DNA of 64,000 nt from Gemmatimonadales bacterium. Its GTDB lineage: Bacteria; Gemmatimonadota; Gemmatimonadetes; Gemmatimonadales; GWC2-71-9. The notes under the pieces are model-generated. The model did not search any database. It saw only the letters and a list, made by a program, of their open reading frames with translations, and was not told where the DNA came from. This document shows, piece after piece, positions 59,010-64,000 of the stretch. Both the position numbers and the translations under genes were made by a program. The DNA lies in contig JBBCJC010000002.1 in assembly GCA_037189525.1 (NCBI GenBank), positions 96,001-160,000 of the forward strand, written 5' to 3'. Positions within the stretch are counted from its first letter, which is position 1; every line of letters begins with the position of its first letter.

Positions 59010-59288
59010 ATGGCGACACGTCGACTATCGACCAAATCCAAGGCCCCGGCAGCTCGATCCCGCGCAACGGCCAAGGTTCCCGGCATCTCGCGGATCGACC
59101 AGGCCAGTACCCGGACCTTCGGTTGGTTCTGTCGCGTAGGGTACCGCCCAACTCCGACCGGTACACGGCCCAAGTTCACGGCCTTCTTCGGCGACGCCAG
59201 CAACGGCGGCAAGAAGAAAGCCTACGACCGCGCCGTACTCTGGCTCAAAACGGTCGAACGAACCGGTAAAGCTCCCAAGAAGAAGTGA
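59010..59288 (+). CDS. small basic protein with AP2-like DNA-binding domain
   Basis: 92 aa; GISRIDQASTRTFGWFCRV..FTAFFGDASNGGKKKAYDRAVLW; Lys/Arg-rich ends. Confidence 0.65.
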   Translation: MATRRLSTKSKAPAARSRATAKVPGISRIDQASTRTFGWFCRVGYRPTPTGTRPKFTAFFGDASNGGKKKAYDRAVLWLKTVERTGKAPKKK

Positions 59289-59313
59289 CGCGACCGAGCA
59301 CGACCGCGCCCGC

Positions 59314-60519
59314 ATGAAGGCGTGGGTTCGCGGTTCGCTGGCGGCCGCCGCTGTACTCGTCCTCGCGGCCGCCGCGCTCGAGTTATACTGGCAATCGCTT
59401 CCGCCGCGCGGGCAGGCGATCACGCTGGACGCGCCGGATGGCCGGCCCCCGTCCGAGGGGATCGCGATACCCCGGCTGCGCACCGTGGCCGCCGCCGATG
59501 ACGCCCTCTATGCCATCGAAGACCACGCCCTCTACGAAAGCCGGGACGGGGGCGCCTCATTTCGCTTGCTGGGCACATTGCCCAAACCGGAACGGGGCCT
59601 CGGTGCGCAGCTGCGAAACGCCGTCGCGCGGCTCCAGCTCATCCGGCGGATCCGGCTCAATCGCGGACCCGGGACCGTGGTCCGCCTGTCGACCGGGACG
59701 CTGCTCGTCTTCTACGACCGTATCTACCGGACGACCGACCAGGGCCGCTCGTTCGATGTCCTGGGCCCGTTTCCCGGAGGGTTTCCGACCGGCGGCGTTG
59801 CCGTCGGCGCCGGCGATACGGTGCTCTTCGGCGAATACCGGGCCGATCCCCGGCCCCATCCGGTCCGCCTCGTTCGCGGCACCGACGACGGCCGCCAGTG
59901 GGAGGTAATCGAGCAGTTTGCCTCGGGGGTCACCTTCCACGTCCATTCCGTGACCTGGGACCCCTATCGGCGCACCTACTGGATTGCCACCGGCGACCGG
60001 GGCGACGAGGTCATGCTGCTCTCCGCCGATGCCGGCCTCAGCCGGATCGACACCCTGCTCCGAGGCACCCAGGACGCCCGGATCGTGTCGATGATCGTGA
60101 CCGACAGCGCCCTCTTCTGGGGGAGTGACAACGACGAGGCCGCCTCCTCGATCTTCCGCTTCGACCCCGCCAGCCGGGCGCTGACCCGCTTGCAGGACAT
60201 CGGTAATCCGAGCTACGCCTCGGCCCGCCTTGCCGACGGCACCCTGATCATCACGACGACGTTCGAACCTGGCTCGCGCTTTACCCGGGAAACCAGCGCC
60301 TCCATGAGTTACACCAGCCTCTGGGCGTCGCGCACCGGCGAGCAATGGACCGAGATTCTTCGCCTGCCTGCGGATACCGCAGCCGCGTGGGCCGGCCGGC
60401 GAGCCCAGATTCAATTGCCGGCCACTCAGGTGCCACTTCCGCAGCTGGTCATGACGCCTTTCTGGACCATCCAGCATGACTTTTCGACTCTGATTCTTCC
60501 TTCGCCACCGCTCCCCTGA
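59314..60519 (+). CDS. membrane-anchored beta-propeller protein with BNR/Asp-box repeats
   Basis: SRDGGASF, TTDQGRSF, TDDGRQW, SRTGEQW; FHVHSVTWDPY. Confidence 0.75.
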   Translation: MKAWVRGSLAAAAVLVLAAAALELYWQSLPPRGQAITLDAPDGRPPSEGIAIPRLRTVAAADDALYAIEDHALYESRDGGASFRLLGTLPKPERGLGAQLRNAVARLQLIRRIRLNRGPGTVVRLSTGTLLVFYDRIYRTTDQGRSFDVLGPFPGGFPTGGVAVGAGDTVLFGEYRADPRPHPVRLVRGTDDGRQWEVIEQFASGVTFHVHSVTWDPYRRTYWIATGDRGDEVMLLSADAGLSRIDTLLRGTQDARIVSMIVTDSALFWGSDNDEAASSIFRFDPASRALTRLQDIGNPSYASARLADGTLIITTTFEPGSRFTRETSASMSYTSLWASRTGEQWTEILRLPADTAAAWAGRRAQIQLPATQVPLPQLVMTPFWTIQHDFSTLILPSPPLP

Positions 60520-60605
60520 CCGAACTCCAGACCTCGGCGCCGGAGTCTTTGGCGCCTCCTCATTTCAACGCTACCTTTCGCGCTGATCCATCAGTGGGCG
60601 GAACC

Positions 60606-61979
60606 ATGATTCGGAAGATTCTCGTCGTCGTCATCATCCTGCTAGTCGTGACTTTGGGTGCGGCCGCGTACGGATATTCCCAGGGCGCCATCGTGCCGGG
60701 CCTGGGCGCCAAAGATCTGGAGCAGGTGATCGATCGGCCGGCCACCGGAGATTCGATCGAACTGGCCAATTTCGCGAAGAACCGCTGCCGGTTGGCGGGC
60801 ACCGGCAAGCAGGCCTGCTACGAAGAGATCTTTCTCGAACTGACGGAGCGCGGTCAGGTCCGCCTGGCCATGGATGCGCTTTCGGTCTTGAGCCGAATCG
60901 ACCCGGCCTCGAATCGCTATGGCCACGACCTGACGCACGTCGTCGGCATCAACGCCTGGACCCCGGGCAAGGATGTCGGGACCGTGTACGAGTCCTGCAC
61001 CGGTCTCTACCAGTCGGGATGCTACCACGGCGTGGTGCAGGCCTACCTCGATGCGCAGGGGACGGACAGCACTACGGTCTACGGCCTCTGCAATGACATG
61101 CCGGTGACGGTGGCCAATCTCTGGCTCCGCTTTCAGTGCGTACACGGCATCGGTCACGGGCTGATCCAGAACACCGGCTTGCATCTGCCCAAGGCCCTGG
61201 CCGGCTGCGACTGGCTGGTCAACAGCTGGGATGCCCAGTCCTGCTACGGCGGGGCGTTCATGGAATTCATCGTGGCGGGGCGCGGCCAGTCGCACCATCC
61301 GCACAAGAAGGCCGGCCAGGCCGATGGCCATGGCGACCACGACACCCAGGTAAGTCATGACTCGACCGGTCATGACATGGCCAGCCACGACATGACGAGC
61401 CACGATCACGCCGCCATGGTGGCCGCCGCCGATACCTTTGCGATCCGGAACCCGAACGATCCGCTCTATCCCTGTTCCGCCATCGACACCAAGTACCAGC
61501 CCTCGTGTTACGGCATGCAGGCCGGGATCATCATCGAGACGGTCGGGGCCGACTGGGGCAAGATTGCCGCGGCGTGCGACGGCGCGCCCGTGGCCATGCA
61601 GCCGTCCTGCTATCAGGGCATCGGGACGTACGTGGCGGGCTACACGGTGCTCGACTTGGACAAGTCCATCGAGAATTGCGCCCGCGGCCACGATGCGCTG
61701 CAAGCGTGGTGCTACGTCGGCGCCGTCAAGAACTTCATCGACGTGTCCTCGATCCCCGCGGACGGCTTTCCCTTCTGCGCCAAGCTGACCGATCGACGCT
61801 ATGCAGTTGCGTGTTACAACGCGATCGGTGAACAGACCAGCGTGCTGATCCGGACCCCCGCCGATCGGGAGCCCGTCTGTGCCCAGGTACCGTCCGGCTA
61901 CGTCGAAGCCTGCCGATACGGCGCCGGCCTGCCGGCCCCGCGCCCGCCGGAACTGACCCCGTTCCATCCCTCTGCGTGA
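60606..61979 (+). CDS. exported Cys-rich repeat protein with His/Met-rich linker
   Basis: N-terminal TM; 18 Cys in paired repeats (CYHG, CVHGIGHG, CYGG, CYQGIG). Confidence 0.85.
   Translation: MIRKILVVVIILLVVTLGAAAYGYSQGAIVPGLGAKDLEQVIDRPATGDSIELANFAKNRCRLAGTGKQACYEEIFLELTERGQVRLAMDALSVLSRIDPASNRYGHDLTHVVGINAWTPGKDVGTVYESCTGLYQSGCYHGVVQAYLDAQGTDSTTVYGLCNDMPVTVANLWLRFQCVHGIGHGLIQNTGLHLPKALAGCDWLVNSWDAQSCYGGAFMEFIVAGRGQSHHPHKKAGQADGHGDHDTQVSHDSTGHDMASHDMTSHDHAAMVAAADTFAIRNPNDPLYPCSAIDTKYQPSCYGMQAGIIIETVGADWGKIAAACDGAPVAMQPSCYQGIGTYVAGYTVLDLDKSIENCARGHDALQAWCYVGAVKNFIDVSSIPADGFPFCAKLTDRRYAVACYNAIGEQTSVLIRTPADREPVCAQVPSGYVEACRYGAGLPAPRPPELTPFHPSA
61356..61415 (+). repeat. four imperfect 15-bp tandem repeats encoding HDSTG-HDMAS-HDMTS-HDHAA
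   Basis: catgactcgaccggt / catgacatggccagc / cacgacatgacgagc / cacgatcacgccgcc. Confidence 0.8.
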
Positions 61980-62461
61980 GCGAAGACTCGGCGATGCTGG
62001 GCCGGATGATCGACCACCTCGCTTGGGCGGATGAGCGGGTCATCGAGGCGCTCGCAGCGGCCGAGTCGGTCCCCACCGCCACGTTGACGCTGCTGGCCCA
62101 CCTGGCGGCAGCCGAGCACATCTGGTATGCCCGGCTGACGGGCGCCACGCCGGCGCACCCGGTCTGGCCCGCGCTGAGCCTTTCCGAGGCCGCGGCGCTG
62201 AGTCGAAAAACCATCGAGGGTTTCCGGACCTTGGTGGCGTCGATGAGTCCCGACCACCTGCGCCGAGATGTGAGCTACGCCAACAGCGCCGGGACCCGCT
62301 TCACCACGCCGGCAATCGACATCCTGATTCATGTCTGCCTGCATGGCGCGTATCATCGCGGCCAGATTGCCACCACCGTGCGGCAGGCCGGTGGGGTTCC
62401 GGTTTCCACCGATTACATCCAGTTCGTTCGCGACCCCGCCACCACCCCGCTCCCGCGCTGA
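61976..62461 (+). CDS. DinB family protein
   Basis: HLAWAD, AHLAAAEHIW, HVCLHGAYHRGQI, TDYI; GTGA overlap with the upstream gene. Confidence 0.9.
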   Translation: MSEDSAMLGRMIDHLAWADERVIEALAAAESVPTATLTLLAHLAAAEHIWYARLTGATPAHPVWPALSLSEAAALSRKTIEGFRTLVASMSPDHLRRDVSYANSAGTRFTTPAIDILIHVCLHGAYHRGQIATTVRQAGGVPVSTDYIQFVRDPATTPLPR

Positions 62462-62481
62462 GTCGGCGCCCGCGGCGAAAC

Positions 62482-62520
62482 GAAAACTCCCGCCCCGGCA
62501 CTTGCGCCGAGACGGGAGTC
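62482..62520 (-). terminator. intrinsic terminator of the minus-strand dodecin-LysM-lipoprotein unit
   Basis: Minus strand ACTCCCGTCTCGGC-gcaagt-GCCGGGGCGGGAGT-TTT; long stem with G-U pairs. Confidence 0.7.
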
Positions 62521-62542
62521 ATCCGATTGAAGACAGCCGGTA

Positions 62543-62980
62543 TCAGCGCCGGACTTCGAATTCCTTCTCGCTGACCGCGATCCCGTTCAGGCTGATCGAC
62601 ACCTTGTACTTGCCGGTCGGCCACGCCGAAGCCTTCATGATGCTGAACTGAGTGTTGGCCGGGCCGGTCGGCTGAATCTGGACCGTGGTCGAGTCGACCA
62701 GCTGACCGTCGCCGAAGGTCCAGACGGCGCCCAGCGCCGCGGAAGAGGCGACCCCCGTAGTGGCCACGGAGGCATAGATCGTGTCGCGAAGCCCGAACAC
62801 GTCCGTCGGGGCCACCACACGCATCGACGCGTCGACGCTCTTACCGAGTTCGAGCCCGGCAAACGCCAGCGGCGGCGGGGCCGGCACCTCGGGCGGCGGC
62901 GGAGGCGGCGCCTTCTTGCAGGCCGCGAGCGACGTCAGGGCAAGTCCCGCGAACAGAACCGCACGGGTCATCATCTTCAT
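62543..62980 (-). CDS. hypothetical lipoprotein with poly-Pro linker and Ig-like domain
   Basis: LAAC lipobox, PPPPPPEVPAPPP, DTIYASV, WPTGKYKV; TGATG coupling to the LysM gene. Confidence 0.82.
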   Translation of the reverse strand: MKMMTRAVLFAGLALTSLAACKKAPPPPPPEVPAPPPLAFAGLELGKSVDASMRVVAPTDVFGLRDTIYASVATTGVASSAALGAVWTFGDGQLVDSTTVQIQPTGPANTQFSIMKASAWPTGKYKVSISLNGIAVSEKEFEVRR

Positions 62981-63243
62981 CAGGACGCTCCTTCCAATTC
63001 CGGGATGGTCAGCACCTGCCCGGGCTTGATGAGGTTCGGATTGGGGCCTACCACCGCCTGGTTGGCATCGAAAATCACCTTCCAGCTGTTGGCATTGCCA
63101 TAGAACTTTTTCGCGATCTTGGAAAGGCTGTCACCCGCAACCACGGTGTAGGTCCGCGGAGCTGGCTTGGGCGTTTCCTGGATCGGCGCCGTCGAGTCTA
63201 CCCTGCTCGTGACATCCGAAAAATCCGGCTTCTCGTTCGCCAT
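62980..63243 (-). CDS. small LysM-domain protein
   Basis: GAGGAG RBS; YTVVAGDSLSKIAKKFYG..W..IFDAN..NPNLIKPGQVLTIP. Confidence 0.92.
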   Translation of the reverse strand: MANEKPDFSDVTSRVDSTAPIQETPKPAPRTYTVVAGDSLSKIAKKFYGNANSWKVIFDANQAVVGPNPNLIKPGQVLTIPELEGAS

Positions 63244-63254
63244 CGATTCCTCCT

Positions 63255-63458
63255 CTAGGCGTTCAGGACGAACGTGACCTTCATGATCACGCGATACTGG
63301 ACAATCTTTCCGTTCTCGACTTCCACCTTCATCGACTTGACCCACGCCCCCTGGACGTCATCGAGGGTTTTGCTGGCGCGGGCAATGCCCGCATTGATGG
63401 CGTCCTCGAAGCTCGTCTTCGACGTCGCCATGATTTCCACGACCTTGGCTACCGACAT
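63255..63458 (-). CDS. dodecin family protein
   Basis: MSVAKVVEIMATSKTSFEDAI..GIARASKTL..V.GAWV..YRV.MKVTF. Confidence 0.92.
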   Translation of the reverse strand: MSVAKVVEIMATSKTSFEDAINAGIARASKTLDDVQGAWVKSMKVEVENGKIVQYRVIMKVTFVLNA

Positions 63459-63596
63459 GATTCCCCCTTTGGTGATGGTCTCGCGTGAGACTGGTGACGG
63501 CCTTCGCGTCCGGTGGCCACACCCCGGGTAACGATCATCCGGTAGCCCGAACGCCTCGCCGACCCGACGAGACCCCGAAACCTGCAACACGACCTG

Positions 63597-64000
63597 CTAC
63601 TGGATGTCGTCGGTATCTACTTGACCCGAGATGCGGCGACTCAAATGCGACCAGCTCATACCCAAAGTCAGGACGACTGCCAGGGCCACCAGGACCACAT
63701 GAGCAATGGCTCGGCTGCTGTGGGCCTCGAGGATTCGCCAGTCGATCAGGGCCCAAACCAGCGCGCCCAGAATGGCCGCCACGAGGATGGCGCCTTTGAC
63801 CCCGATGGCCCGGCGGGTCACTTGTAACAGAAAGACCCAAAGTCCCACCAGCAGCAGTCCGACCAGCAGTTTGATGGGGAGGCCCTCCCGAGCCGCTGCT
63901 GCCGGCCCGTCGACGAGGGGCTTGAGCGCCCAATGAAAGAACGAGTACCCTTCCGGATTGAAGGTTCCGTAGACCAGCACGACCGCCGCCAGGAATCGGC
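63597..64000 (-). CDS. DUF6524-like membrane protein; 5' end outside the window
   Basis: TFNPEGYSFFHW..LGMSWSHLSRRISGQVDTDD; the frame stays open to the window edge. Confidence 0.78.
   Translation of the reverse strand, partial: RFLAAVVLVYGTFNPEGYSFFHWALKPLVDGPAAAAREGLPIKLLVGLLLVGLWVFLLQVTRRAIGVKGAILVAAILGALVWALIDWRILEAHSSRAIAHVVLVALAVVLTLGMSWSHLSRRISGQVDTDDIQ

Noticed and set aside
63459..63596. Possible FMN riboswitch upstream of dodecin
   Set aside because: Conserved RFN sequence blocks are not present; only short hairpins.
1..64000. CRISPR arrays, rRNA/tRNA, IS transposases, prophage or integrase genes
   Set aside because: No regularly spaced repeats or recognisable motifs seen by eye; a covariance-model search could still find small RNAs.

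Overview
GC-rich, gene-dense bacterial chromosome window with about 56 CDS. I recognised no rRNA, tRNA, CRISPR array, transposase or integrase. The gene content (many secreted S9/M28 peptidases and amidohydrolases, a TPR Ser/Thr kinase, a HEAT-cyclophilin, a SWIB protein) suggests a Gemmatimonadota-like organism; this is inference only. Recognisable genes: coaA, paaK, ggt, pabB/pabA, ptrB, cobB, a MATE exporter, a GH38 mannosidase and dodecin. Highlights: (1) a 12-kb, 10-gene cluster (17242-29000) of Dpp-type ABC transporter, GHMP sugar kinase, cytoplasmic heparinase II/III-like lyase, class III aminotransferase, intact+degenerate amidohydrolase pair, epimerase and DHDPS-family aldolase. It looks like an uncharacterised amino/acidic-sugar pathway, and its three predicted transcripts all look leaderless, two from one 21-bp bidirectional promoter. 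(2) An AbrB-PIN toxin-antitoxin pair bounded by integron-cassette-like ends (core site plus half attC), whose toxin carries two compensating frameshifts. (3) An 8-aa leader peptide and structured leader before the MATE gene. (4) A double ferritin-like diiron protein coupled to GH38. (5) A stand-alone AP2-like basic protein. (6) An 18-Cys, His/Met-repeat exported protein. All product calls come from motifs read by eye; no database searches were run.
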